From assembly GCF_000181795.1 (NCBI RefSeq), contig NW_003526945.1, positions 4,911,282 through 4,975,281 on the forward strand: a stretch of 64,000 nt of DNA, read 5' to 3'. The stretch is from Trichinella spiralis (lineage: Eukaryota). This document shows, in pieces, positions 40,501 to 54,028 of the stretch. How positions within the stretch are numbered: position 1 is the stretch's first letter; each line of letters starts with the position of its first letter. The notes beneath the pieces were generated by a model. The model made no database searches, was not told the DNA's origin, and was given only the letters and a program-made list of their open reading frames with translations. The position numbers were made by a program, and so were the translations under genes.

Positions 40501-43500
40501 TTGCGCATAAAATGTCCAAATCGATGGTCGACAGTTGTATTAAATGGCTTTCTTCAAACGGTGCCCAACGACTTTCTAAGCTCATCTCTTGCTAACTTGT
40601 ATCCCCTGTCTGTTGTCTGTTGTATTGTGTTCTTGAAATTTGGTTTTAGCCTTGATGTGGTAGAATAGTATATGGTGAAATTTGTTAGTGTACATGCAGA
40701 AGAATGTGAGAAGATGGAAAACGGTTTTTTTTCTTGCCAACGTCTTTGGAATGTTGTGGCCAATTTCCGCTTTTAATATTTATTTTTCTATCTGACATTC
40801 ATTCTACTTTCACATTTATCTGTTCAGTATTGTCAGGTTAAAATTTGCAGTTGGGTTTTTTTTTTCGCTTTTCAAAATTGTAAAAATACCAAATCGTCTC
40901 ATTCGATGTGATGCACGTCCCAAGTGAGCGATACTGGCGAGATGTGTTGTACGTGTTATGTATTACTGGCAACTCTACTCGTAGATATTTTTCATGTTAA
41001 AATTTAAACTTTAGCCACATTTTCAACGTGTTCAGTCAATTTTTATTATGCATGTTCATGTTCGGTTAGCAATTTCAATTCTGATCGATTGAATGATAGA
41101 TATAAGCAGTTAATAATAGTTATTATTATTAGCTGCCATGTAATGTTTTCATTTGCATTTATATTTAAAATTTGCAAACTTAATCATCTGTCTAGGGATG
41201 AATATCAGCCGTTGTTTTTGTGTTAACATTATTCATGCTTCTTTTTGTTTGCAGTAGTTTTTTTTCTTCATCTATTTTGAATTTCATTTCAATTTTGATA
41301 TTATTCATTGTTTGCGCAAAAGTGATTCATTGTCAGATTTTCCTATTCCCAGTGAGCTAATGATCGTTTCGCATTTTTCAAACAGCTTCCTTCAGTTCAT
41401 CCCAACCCCCTTCCCCTCGCTTCTCTTTTCCGTGTCACCCTGATGAAATGCTAATAAATCTCACAATCAGCTTTTCATTCTGATGGCACAACTCCAAGAA
41501 ACGGTTATTAAGATTGTTTTTTTCGTTCATTTCCACGAAAATGCTTTTCAACTGCAAGTGTTGAACAACATTTCATCATGTCGAGATGGATCATTCAATT
41601 GGTTATTTTACGAATTTTCAAAAATGTGCAAGTTATAATGCGCCTTTTCTATTGTTGGCTTTTTTTTTGTAGAAAAATCTGCTCAAGCTTGTTACAACCA
41701 TAAATTCTTATTCACTGTATGTATAGTTCGATCATTGCGCGCGTTGTCCTTATTTCCGCGGCATTTGGCCAAATATATCTTTTACTTGGATGAGAAAATT
41801 CCACAAAGCAATAATATTCCATTGTTTTATAATTCTTTGATGAGGCAATTTTCCATCGTGAATACTTTTCGTTTTTGTTAAATGTTTGCTTGCTGTACAT
41901 GTCACATGAGATCACGTCACTAACAAAAGTCACAAGTTGTTTTTACAGCATTAAAAATGCAGCAATGATTAAACACTATTAATTCCAATATGGATATGCT
42001 AAAGCATTGCTATTTTGCTATTTGTAAAAGTTGCTTACTTTTTCATTCAGTTAATTTCACTTTTCGCGTGATCTTCTTTGTCAGTACTAGTAGATTTTTT
42101 AATGCGATTTATCATATTTTAGATTTGAATACAAATTGGTCAGTAAACGTGCATCAGCGTCTTTGTGACGTACTGCAGTTGATCAAGGAAGCAATCATCC
42201 GGTACCGCTTTCTCCAGAGCAACGACATTTTCGAATATCTCGGTTCTCTTGTGGACGTGATCAAAGGTATGAATAGTACAGATAAATTGTACACGAAAAA
42301 AAACACAAAATTCCCTTTCTTGTTTTTTGTTTCCAAATTGCTTCTGATTAGCATTATTGCGTCTGGATGGTTGTATCCAGTCGTGGTGATTATTATTTTG
42401 AAGCATCCCTTCTGCGTTCAGTATTCTCTTCTGCTTTTCATTATTTACAAGGACGAGTTTTGCGAATCAAGCAAACATGTTTCCGGCGGTTTTGAGAATT
42501 TGTTCTCTTTATTTTGAACAGGTTTGAATTTTTATGAAGAATCACCGAAAAACAGCGAGGCGCTAAAAAACGCCCGCGCTACTCTGGAAAGCTTGCAAAT
42601 TGCTGTTGCTGAATGGTAAGCGCAAAAAATTATCCTTTTTTGTTTTTTTTCATCTCTTCCATATTCTATTTATCTAAATCATTTAGCGTCGGTGAATATC
42701 TGACATGGGAAATGACTCAATATGAAAGTTCTTTAAACAAAATGTCTTGGGTATGTTAATTTTATTCTACTTGTCATTATTATTATTTTTGTTTTTTTAG
42801 CTTTGCTACATTGACACGACAATTCTTTGTTTTTTAAAATTGAGCTTAATTATTCTTTTTTTCAATTATTAATAACGTTAAGATAACACTGGTGATGTAG
42901 CTGAGTGATGTTATGCATGCACATGAGAAAAAATTTTGTTCAGTGCTGTCTTTCTTTCAGAAATTTTCAAAATCTTCAAATACATCTATCGATATAAGAA
43001 CAAATATCTGACTTTTACTTTTGTTTCATTTTATTCTACACTGGCAGCTGATTTCGCTTCAACTTCACTTGAGCTCTTTTCATTGATTTCCGCTGGCCAA
43101 TATTTAGACTTTATTAATATAAAATCTAATATTTCTTGTAAATTTGCATAAATTTTAAGTGAATTTCTCATAAAAGCGTATCCTTTTCCACTCATTATGA
43201 ATCGAATTCAATCAATTTACAGTTTGTGTCATTTTATCGTATTGCTTATTGTAGTTATTTATGACTTGGTTTATTATTGCAAAGCAAATTTATTCTAACT
43301 GTTTGCTATAACAGTGTGGTGTTCTTTATGTAAATAGCAAAACTGCAAGCGCATTAATAATGTGTGCATCGACGGACATTTACATACGCAAATTTTTTTT
43401 AATTTTGCGAAACATCATGCTTCATCTGTGAGTAATTCGTTTGACGTTTAGCAGTTCGGAAAAAAATCCTGAAATATAGAAAATTTTACGCTTGTAACAT

Positions 43501-46500
43501 AGTAGAAATTCAGAAATGTTTGCTTTTATGAGAGATATAAAAATTTTAACTTTCGCAAATGTTAACAATGCAAAGTAGACGACAACTTGAATCAGAATAT
43601 CAAGTATCATGAATAAAATACAAACTGCTTTGTTTGACGTGTTAATATGTATATCTTTTATTTGATTTATCTGTCAGTTAATTTGATCGTATGAAAAATA
43701 TTAAAATTAATATTACAGTTGTAGATTTTGTGAAATTATTAATTTTTAGTCCGCAGAAGATGTATCATCGTTGATGATGCAAAATGGCGGCGATCCGCCT
43801 GTAGCAAAACGGCGACAGAAAAAAGAATTACGAAAGCAACTGAGCGTTGGCTCAGAAGTTTCGACAAAAGCGTTGTCTTTACCAGGTGATTATTATTATT
43901 ATTATTATTATTCTAATGAATATTATATAAGTTTCAAATTGGAAAAAATTGTATTATAAATTCTAGAAAAACATGTGGAATCTGAAGATGAAATTTTGGA
44001 CGGACTGGACGATGGAGTGGAAATCGCGTTATCCAGAGCACGTGCGTGGTCCAACTACTGCAAAGAATTGCTTGCATTCATCCAAAGACGAATAAATTTG
44101 GACAGCGAGCACGCCCGAGCTGTACAAAAGCTCAATGCTAATGCCCGTTTTGCCATTACAGTCGAAGTTTGTGCAGCTCGAAGTAATTGTAGTTCATATG
44201 AAAATTTTCTAATTATTTCAGCATTTCTTACCGCTCAAAGAGGTTTATTTGAATAATTTCAAAATTGAAAACGACTTTTTCGAAAATTGCTTAGACACGA
44301 TGAAACGACTGTATGAATATAAATTTATAAAGCCTCTTGAGGCGAGAAAAGTTGAAATTGACTGCAAAAGGAAAGATTTGAAACATACTTGGGAAAAAAT
44401 TGTAAAAGAAGTGGTAAGCAGGAATTTTGGAAGATTTATATCTTTTCAAAGTTAACAGTTTCTGATGTTTTGTTTCCAGGAAACTGTAACAATTGAATTG
44501 AAGAAGGCACGTCATAACGTTGTGATTCGAGAAAGCAATTACAAGAAAGCTAAAGAGAGTACGGCAAAGTCGGAAAAAATGAAAGTCGATTCCCAGAAAT
44601 TGGAGCGTCGTCGAAAGTTGCAAGAAGACGCCTTGCTGAGGGTTTAAATTTGGAAATGTATTATGCAATTGCTTATCGCTCACAGCAAAATTTTCTTAAT
44701 TTAGAGAGAGCAAGCATCGCATGACTATTGGTCACTAGAGCAAAGGCTTGAAGAGAAGTATCAAGAAATGGCAAAAACGAAAGTATTTCAAATTGCTGGT
44801 CTATTCTTGTTCTTGTTAATGTAGCAACGCTTTAATTAAGACAACTGTATTACGCGAAGTTCGAGAACTGATTTACCAATGCGATCAAACTACAAAAGCA
44901 TGTACAGTAGCTTATTTTCAAGCTTGCTCTGGCTTATGGGCATTATTGCCGATGCAGTACCAATCTTTGGCCGATACATCTCGCCAATACATACCAGGAA
45001 CACTTTACAAACAATTTGTGCACAATTTGAACACCTTTGCATCAGAGGAAAATATAAACGGTTCCGGCGAGTATGACTGTTATAGTTTTTTTTTTGAAAT
45101 TTTTGGTCAAAAATTGATCAAAATGCAGATGTTTTCTTTTGAATATTGTGAAATATTTTATTTATTATTTAAAAAATCCGCAATGTTTATTAGAAAAAGT
45201 AAAGTTGTCAGCGAAGGTGATTTGCCAGTTATTCAAGTGAACGGTGATCCGATTACTTCTGCCAGTTCATCGCAGCGTTCCTCCATGCCGCCATCCTCTT
45301 CTCCCAGTGCAACTACAAGCGTGTCAACTTGCTGCTACAGCAGCGACGATGTTTCATCTTCGCATCGTATAGCTGCACTGAAGCCACTGCGAAGTTGGAT
45401 AATTTTTGAAGTTAGACTTTTTTTGGGTGGGAATTTTACATCCTGCTTTCAGACAAGGCGAAAATATTCAACCGACCGTCGCTTTTGTCCGATGCGGCTT
45501 TGTCTCACCGGCTTCAAAGAACCCGAGCACCGACCAAATGTTGCCATTGTGATGCGTACACGTTTTTTCAAACAGTTCAATGCACTGAGGTAAAGTATAG
45601 CTAGCTAGCTGTGTCTGCCTGCTTTCAGTGTGTAAATATCTTTGTTGAAAGTGTTTTAACGTTTTTTTTTATCGTTTTCATAAATGCAATGAAATTTTTA
45701 TTCTTGTTCAACAGTGCGGGTTGACATGGCATAAGACATGTCTTGGTAATTTGGATGTGCATTGTCAATTGGCCAAACAGCTCAATATTAATCGACGTCG
45801 TATGCGAATATTTGGTGTTCCACTGCAGAAGCACTTGGAAGACAACCAAATATCTGTTCCATTTGTTTTGAAGACTTGTATTGAAGAGTTAGAAACACGA
45901 GGACTCGACGCCAAAGTGAGATATGGATATGCGGCAATTCAACGATTGCTAATTTAATTGATTTCTTCATCAGGGTTTATATCGTGTCTGCGGAGTGAAG
46001 TCCAACATTGAGCAAATCTGTGAAAAATTTGAACGTCAAAAGGTGGAATTGTCCACGGTGCTTCCTACTAATATTGCGTCGATTATTAAGCTCTACCTTC
46101 GTCAACTTCCAGAACCGTTGCTAACACACGAACTTTATCATAATTTTGTCGAATTGGCCAACAAATATCCGGAAATGAAATCTACTGAACAATTGAGCAT
46201 CAGTTTGAACATAATTACTGATTTGAAACGAATCTGCAATATGCTTCCGTCTGCTAATTATAGAACATTGAAACTGCTCTGCTTGCATCTGAATCGGTAA
46301 TTTATTATTATTGACAAATGATTGCTTTTTTCTTTTATCAGTAGATTTATGTTTGATTTAGCGTTTCGTGGTTTGAAATGGAAAATCAGATGTCTCCAAC
46401 TAATCTTGGAATAGTCTTTGGCCCAAGTTTACTGTGGATAGATGAAGGATTATCTGGAACATCTTTGAAAAGTTTGCTGGATGCTCCTTTGCAAACGCGA

Positions 46501-47499
46501 GTTGCTGAACTATTAATAAAATACGCTTACGTAAGTTCATGTCATGATTGTGAAAAAATTAGTTTTTGTTTTTCAAAAATTTTGTTAAATTTATATACAT
46601 GTAGCAAATTTTTATTTGTTATTCTGTCTTTTTTTTCCAAATATTAAACGATATAAGTGATGAGTAAGTTAAATAAGTCTATGGTGTAGAATGAAAGTTT
46701 CACTCAGCGAGTATTCAGTGAGTATTGAGAAAAAAAATATTAAATTGTGCATGAACGATTAATTCAATTTAAGGAAATATTTGACGAGGACGCTACAGAA
46801 GATATGAAGCGTTTGTGCGTCAAGAGAAGATGCAAAGAATTGGCAGAATGTGATGAAGGTAAGGAACTCGGATATTTTGTATTGTCTTCTGAATAAGTAA
46901 GGCTTTTGCTTAGCAAACACCACAGCACTGACCAAATGGACCGCACACAGTAGAAACGAAATTAAAAACTGCACTTTGTAATTACAAAAATACAGAATTT
47001 CGTTATAATATTCAAAAAAATTTTCATATTCAGCGGATCGACGTCAAGTGAAATCTATGGTACCAAGTACGTCGAAAACCGCCGAAATAGATCCTGCTCT
47101 AGTTGAGAAAGGTCGCCATTCAACCACCCCAGATTTGCTTAGAGAAACTAAATTGGTAGTATTGAAATTTGGAAAGAGAGTCTTGATGAAAATAATTTGC
47201 TCATTTTGCTTCATGCCTATTTTTAGAGCCGCGCAAAGAGTTTGCAAAGCTCTCTTGGAATTATCACTTCAGTAGGTGAGTTGAGAACATTGTTTAAACA
47301 AGCTTATCAGTTTGTGTTCATATTATGCTAAATTCAGGCGTTATATTGTTCAGATAAACTGATAATTGTGATCGATTATTGCTCTGCGCGTTCAGCGTAT
47401 GATAAAATCATCATTTTAGATTTTACGGATGCCAGCAAAGCGGACTCAGTGCAAAATTGTTTGTCCAGTCTTTCTAAAACGGACTTTAATGTTGAATAA
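37411..47499 (+). CDS. F-BAR + C1 + RhoGAP protein (ARHGAP29/ARHGAP45 family; C. elegans SPV-1-like)
   Basis: N-terminal region VHQRLCDVLQLIKEAIIRYRFL; F-BAR segment GVEIALSRARAWSNYCKELLAFIQRRINLDSEHARAV; C1 domain HRLQRTRAPTKCCHC..C..CGLTWHKTC..C; RhoGAP domain IFGVPL..VPFVLKTCIEELETRGL..GLYRVCG (Arg finger intact)..IIKLYLRQLPEPLL..NQMSPTNLGIVFGPSLL. The final exons splice to the stop at 47499. The first coding exon, 37411-37672, is inferred. Confidence 0.9.
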
Positions 47500-48359
47500 T
47501 CGTCAAATTCGACATTTAACTAGAATTATATGTACCACAGTTCATACTGATCATTTCATCTCTACAATTTGAGCTACGGTACGTTTATTATTTATTGTTC
47601 TATATATTTACTCATTTATTTATTTATTTATTTATTTATTTGTTCTGCTTCTCTGTCCTCTGTTTGTTTCAACAGTGTGTTGGTGCGGTAAAATTGCTTC
47701 TGAGATTTTTCCTTTTTTCTGACAAAAAATGTTCTCTCTATCAAATGTATGTATTTATTGATGATACTCGTTCAGTTTATATTGAGCAAACATTGCTGCC
47801 TAGAAATTACGCTAATAACAAATGAGCGGTGCGAACTAATATGCAAAATTCGTTCCACCTAATTTGTTGCAGCATGCGATATTTTGCAATTGCTTATAAT
47901 TTACCTAATGTTCCATTGATAATATACATATATATTCTTGCATTTCATTGGTTTTTTTCACATTCTTATAATTAAACCAACGTGTAACATTTGATTTTAT
48001 GTTTCACACTGGAACTGCATTGTGAAACAACTCAACTTACTATTGTAATAAAAATGTGTTCATCGAATTTTGTATTCAAGTATGCGTAGAACACTTTGGT
48101 TAATAAGCGATGTTTTCATTAGAATTTTTAAAATTGAATGAAATAGCTTTTCATTTACAGGAATATTTGCTCAACTTATTATTCCTCTTATTTATAATAT
48201 GCATGAGTTCAGAAACTGAAAACAAATATGATTTAATAACGCTGAGATTTTATAAAAGGAAGTTAATTTCTGAAAAAAAGCACAATAATATACGTACAGT
48301 ATAATTAAAGTTTCCAGTATTATAGTTTAGTGATGTTGGACAGGTTGTCTTATCACTTA

Positions 48360-51300
48360 TTATAGAACTTGTGTGTGTTCTGCAAGTCGGTTTACATTTA
48401 AATGAATGCGATTTGATAGTCGTTTTCGAGCACGTTTCATGCGCTGATGTCGCTTGACACTGATAAGTATAACAATCAAAATTGTAACCACTACAACTGT
48501 TGCAGTAATTCCAACTGTGAGAACTGTTCGGTCTTCTTCCTTTTCTTGAACTTTGCAATGAAGTTCATCACTGTTATCTCCTTCACCACAGTCTATTAAA
48601 TCGTTGCATCGTACTTTAGAGGAAATGCAATATTTGCTGAAATTGCATCGAAACAGGTCTGGACCGTTACATTTTTCATCTAAAAAGGAAGGATAGCGTT
48701 GTAATTTTATCATTTTCGATTTTTTTCTTCTTTTTTTACCCATAGTGAACTCTGTCCAAGAAAAATTGAAACCGCTGAGACCATTTACTTTCTCTGGATG
48801 AGTCAAGAAACTGAAGTCACAAAAATCCATTCATTATTGAGACAAAAATTGAAAACGGCATCGCAGAATCGAACAATACCTTATATGCATAATATTCTTA
48901 GCAGAAATGAACTGTCTTATGCCTGGTACCACTTTTTCTCCGCAAAATTCTTTCGAATATTCTGATGAGTCGTTTTTGATCCGAATGACTGCTGATCGGC
49001 AGTTGCCTTTTTTACAGAACAATGTAAAAGAACATCAACAAATATTTATTTAGTTGTTTGTTTTAAAGAAAACTCACTGCTTTTCCCATCATCACTCATC
49101 ATGCCTTCAACATTAAGCACGACTGGCTGAAGTAGAATGCGGTAACCGATTCGAACACGAATTTCCCAATGGCAAACCATATCTTTGACATAGCGCTGAG
49201 GGAAATTAGGGGTGACAATGGTTCCAGATATAGAACCGACAATTCTTGCTGCACAATTGCCTAAAAATATTTGCCAATATTATTTACGTTCTCTCGACGG
49301 CGGATGTATTTCAATTTTTATCACTTCGTTCAGATAAGGCGTTGATATTCTTTTGCGGTATGAATTGATAATGTGCCCGGAAGCCTGTAGCTGTGTGCTT
49401 TGCGTCGGCAATAAATATTGCGCGGATACGATTAGCATTTTCTGCCGATAAAATAGGTCCAGGATAATTTTCAGCACAATACTTTCCAAGCAATGTTTCA
49501 CGATTGTTTGAAAATACGTTGTACAGCTCTAATCGGTCTGCGCATCTGTTCAATAGAATCAGTTCAAAATTAAACTTCTTCAGCGTTTTTTATATAGTGT
49601 AAATAGGCAAAGAAAAGAAAGCGCATATTCACGCTTCATATATATATATATATTATAGATAAAAAACTGCTTTATAGGTAAATGAAAATACTCTGCATTA
49701 GCAATAGTGTGATAATGAATTTAGGTTGTGAAAATGAGATTACCTATCAATTTTGGAAAAACTTGGTGCTAGGACGAATTGATCAAAATATATACGAACT
49801 CGCTCCCCAATCTTGCCATTCAGCCAATAAATGCACACTGTGTCAACAGGATAATTTTCCGGATATCTGGGAGAGTTGAATGTGCCTTCTTTTTCGCTTA
49901 ATGAATTGAAATGGAATGTACATTCGTTTGAGTCACTAGCTGGTGTTCCGGGTATTCCAAAGTCTACAAGAACGGTATTGCGAATGATCACTGCAGCTAA
50001 AGTAATGAACGCTTGAAACCTGTCTCAAACTTGACCACTGCCTTAAATCCTCGGTCATTGCTACTGTTAGATGTTCTCAGCACAACTGTCATTCTTGGAT
50101 TAAGAGATTCTAGTGTATCTGGAAGGGTGGCAACGTTTGCTGAGCAAAATTTTGCATCAGGGATTTCTGTTTTCCAATCTTGACCATTCAGAAAGATCGC
50201 TACATATGCATCTTCACAGCTAAAAGCAGCTGGCATAGATCATATACGAAGTGTACCATTATTGAACGTGGATTTTTTCGATAACCAGTCAGTCCAATTA
50301 GATTTCTATTCTATCTTTTTAATTTAAAGGCTACTTTTTAAAAATATCTTCAACTTATTCAGTTCCATGAATATATATATATATATATCATGAACTTATT
50401 CTTATGAGTTATCGATTGATGTTTAAAATTAATGAATAAAATTTAATTTGCATTTCGCAAAAAAATATTTATATATTGAAAAGACGTTCTCTCCTTACTT
50501 ACTCTTTGCTATTGGACGTGACTTGCAACGTTTCAAAATGAATCAACACTTTTTCTAAATCTTGAGCACCCTGTAGTCCATCCAATATGTACGTGCAAGT
50601 CGTAGACGGATACGATTGTGGATAATTTGGTGACATGATTACATGTTCATTTTCTTTGCTACTTTGAACTCTCAAATCACATTCTGTGCCTCGTAGATGT
50701 GTAATACCAAACTGACCACCGTTTAATTGATCTTAAATTGTATTCAGTTATCTAACAAAAGTGTTTTTCTTCTTACCGATTCATTTTAATGTTTGTACCA
50801 ATGGAAACAAACCGCTGGGAAAATTCATACGCTATTTTAAATCCACGATGTTCTGATGACATTTGATTGTTGCTCACAAATTCAAGATACAAATTTTCAG
50901 CTTCTGAAAACAGCTCCAATGATTGCTGTAGACCGCATACTTTCTGAATTATAGGAGCGTGATACGAATCACCATCATAAACTGTTAACGAATCATAAGG
51001 GCAGCTGAAAGTTTATACTTTAATTTGTATAATACGACCTCTCTGACTGAAACATACTGATCACCGCCAAAATAGACGTCAAAATCTTCAAATTCTAATC
51101 GAATGCGCTGACGAGGCTCCCCAATCAAGCGGTAAACGCAACGAATATTCTATAATTTTTCAAATTAATTCGCTGAAATGCTCTAGCAATTTTTCATAAT
51201 TTTACAAAAGGGTATTTTCCTGGATATGTAGGCGAGTAAATAATTCCTTTTGCCTTCTGGCTACTGTATATAACAAAGTGACATTTTTGGGGTGACATCT

Positions 51301-51832
51301 GCGTTCCCACAGCATACATGACTAAATTAAAAATGACGCGTTATTCTAACAGTTATAAAGGCAATAATATTGAGAATATTTAATTACGATCTGGAATAAA
51401 GCTGTAAACTCCGCTGAAACCTTTGGCACCACGACTTTTCTCACGAACATGGAAAACAATCACTATAACGTTGTGCAAAGAAATAACTGTATTCGGTGAA
51501 ACAGTGGCGCAGTAGCGACCCGACAGTGGTTGACTGAGCAAATCAATGTCCGGCTTTTCAAGCATAGAGTATACATCAATGTAATCTTCGCACCTAAAAA
51601 TTCCCTTCATTTTTTACCAATTCACTTTTGCATTCATGCAGGTCATACGCTTACTTTGCTGAGCTTCCCGATAATAGAAAACTTTTAAAAACGAGCTTCA
51701 CGCGGTAGTTTGACTTGGCAATAAATGTATAAATGCACTGCAGATTACTGGGATAAGGCTTTGGATGATTAGGTGACGAAAAAGTGCCATTTATAGAACC
51801 GTCGTCCGTATGAATATACATGTGGTCGCAAT
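48360..51832 (-). CDS. lev-10: Type I membrane protein with 5 CUB domains, one LDLa module, a TM helix and a short tail (LEV-10 architecture); 5' signal-peptide exon(s) unresolved
   Basis: Five CUB repeats (SPNHPKPY, SPTYPGKY, SPNYPQSY, SPRYPENY, TPNFPQRY, each with C..D and GF motifs). LDLa CNGPDLFRC..YCISSKVRCNDLIDCGEGDNSDELHC and TM VLTVGITATVVVVTILIVILISV follow. The adjacent eat-18-like ORF supports orthology. Confidence 0.8.
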
Positions 51833-53683
51833 CTGAAAAATACACCACTTCTTTAAAAACATATTCAACCATGTGAAGTGTTCTTTGTAATGTAGTAGTG
51901 TTTGCAAAAAAAGCGTGCAAAGATAGCAAGTTTGTGCATACATGATGCATAATCAGTTCAAGAATAAATACATTGAATTAACTATAAATACATTGAATGC
52001 TAGCTGTATGGTGTGCTTTTTAATTTAACTGATAATTCAAATTCAAACCAATTTCAACTGTACTTAATAGATTTCTTATTTTCACTTCTCTCAGTTCTGC
52101 TTTCTTTCTATTCCACTTTTCAGCTCATTTCATTCATTCATTAGCTCAGAGTATTTTTTCATTTTCTAGTTTGGATGAGTACAGTTTGAACTTTTGTACT
52201 AGTGTTAGCAAAAGCAAAATGCACAACCGAGCAGCTTTATAAATTGTTTTGTTCCCTTTCAGTTTGTTTTGAAAAACAGCACTTGCTATTGATGAAAACT
52301 GACAAAACATAAAAATTGGAATGAAAATTATTTGTTAGAAAATTGTTTTTATCCACTTTGACTAGGAGTATGGGGAAATTCTTTTATTCTCCTCAGTCAT
52401 AAATATAGCAGTGAATTTTATCGACGTTGCAATGCAGCTTGTCTAAATTAAACAGCTCAAATGTTTCAAAAACTTCTAATACGCGTTCAAATATTTACAT
52501 TCTAGAAACTAGAATGTGAAGCTTTGAGTGAATCAGTGCGCTTATGCTGTTGCATAAGAATTGAAAAGAATCTTGTGTAGATGGCCATAAGTTCTATAGG
52601 GCAACTCAACAGCAAATCATCTGTTAAAAAATATACATTTGATAACATATGTATGTATTTTCTGTTGAAAAAATATTTTCATTAAGACATTCATTAACAC
52701 ATTCAGGTTTTTGCATTTATGTAAGCAGCTTAAAAATCTAATTTTACATAATAATAATAATAATCAGAACAAAAGTGATATTGTTTATTAACGTTACTGA
52801 TTTAAAAAGTGCAAATCCTCATTATATTGTTCCTCCTATATTCCTATATATGTTTCCACACATGTCCTCCTCTTTGCAACTACCAACTACTTTTTAGACC
52901 ATGTGATTGTCAGCATAGCATTCAAGCCAAAATATAAAATTGTATTAAAATAATTAATACAAATGAAAATTTTCAATACATTTATCATATTGTTAGATTG
53001 TTACGTTTATTATGCTAAAAGATGATAATCCCATTAATGTTAGAAATATTAAATCCATATTAAATATAATGCATGGAAGTATGAAGTATACACAAATAAT
53101 GTATGAGAGTTTAAAACTCCGCAGGTAACTTAGAATTGAAAAGCAGAAAATGAGCTCATAAAATTTTCCGGATGACGTATTTGCTTTAAAACAGAAAAGA
53201 AAAAACAAGTCTGAAAAGAAGCGTACACTCTGCTATTCCATTAATAAAATGAACTGAAAAAAGAATAAAACACACGACGTCGCATCTAGAAGAAGCAAAA
53301 CTAAGTAGTATCGAAAAATAAGCGTTAAAAAATGTTCATGAGTGAAAACTTTTTCAAATCGGGTACAACTGTTGATAAATAAAAAATTATTTACTTTTAA
53401 ATTCTTTTAATAACTTGAAGTTGAAAAGTACATTAGCAGTGTAAGAGGATGGTTGTGAAACGTTCTGTTTTATTAAAAATGAGAATGTTTTCTTAAATAT
53501 ATGTTATTTTGGTTACTATAATTTAAACAAAATATTTTGAATTAAAAATGAGAAATGTCGAAGAAAAGTGAGTAATAAATTGTACAGTTGTATTTACTCG
53601 AAAGATGACGACGACGACGATGGTGGTGGTGAATAAAGAAATTATTGGAATGTGTTTTATGTTGTCAAAAATAGACGGCAAGA

Positions 53684-54028
53684 TCACAAAGTGCCTTTAA
53701 GCCAAAAGCTGACGACGAGAATGAGCAAGAAGAAGATGACAACAATAAGCATAAGTGCAAATACAATATCGCAGTCGATTTGTCTACATGCATTGCAATC
53801 ATTTTCTTCTTCGGTTCGATCGTCAATTTCGTCCAATTTTACAGATACAATATTGTCCAGTGTTCTCATCTGGAAACCATGTGAATCTGCAGTGCTAGCT
53901 GAGGGTGACCGGTCGTTCAGCTTTACCAGTTCTGCTGTATCAAGAAAACAAGTCAACTAACATTAAGTAAGAGGATCAGGAAAATACTATCGCTTACAAC
54001 GACCACTGATGATATTACCAACAGACAT
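53684..54028 (-). CDS. eat-18: Small single-pass membrane protein, EAT-18-like (61 aa from ATG 53869, or 93 aa with an upstream exon 54028-53998)
   Basis: MRTLDNIVSVKLDEIDDRTEEENDCNACRQIDCDIVFALMLIVVIFFLLILVVSFWLKGTL has a CxxCRxIDCDIVFAL motif, a TM helix and WLKG, as I recall for EAT-18. It lies on the same strand just 5' of the lev-10 CUB exons. A 63-nt GT-AG intron (53997-53935) keeps the frame. Confidence 0.75.
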
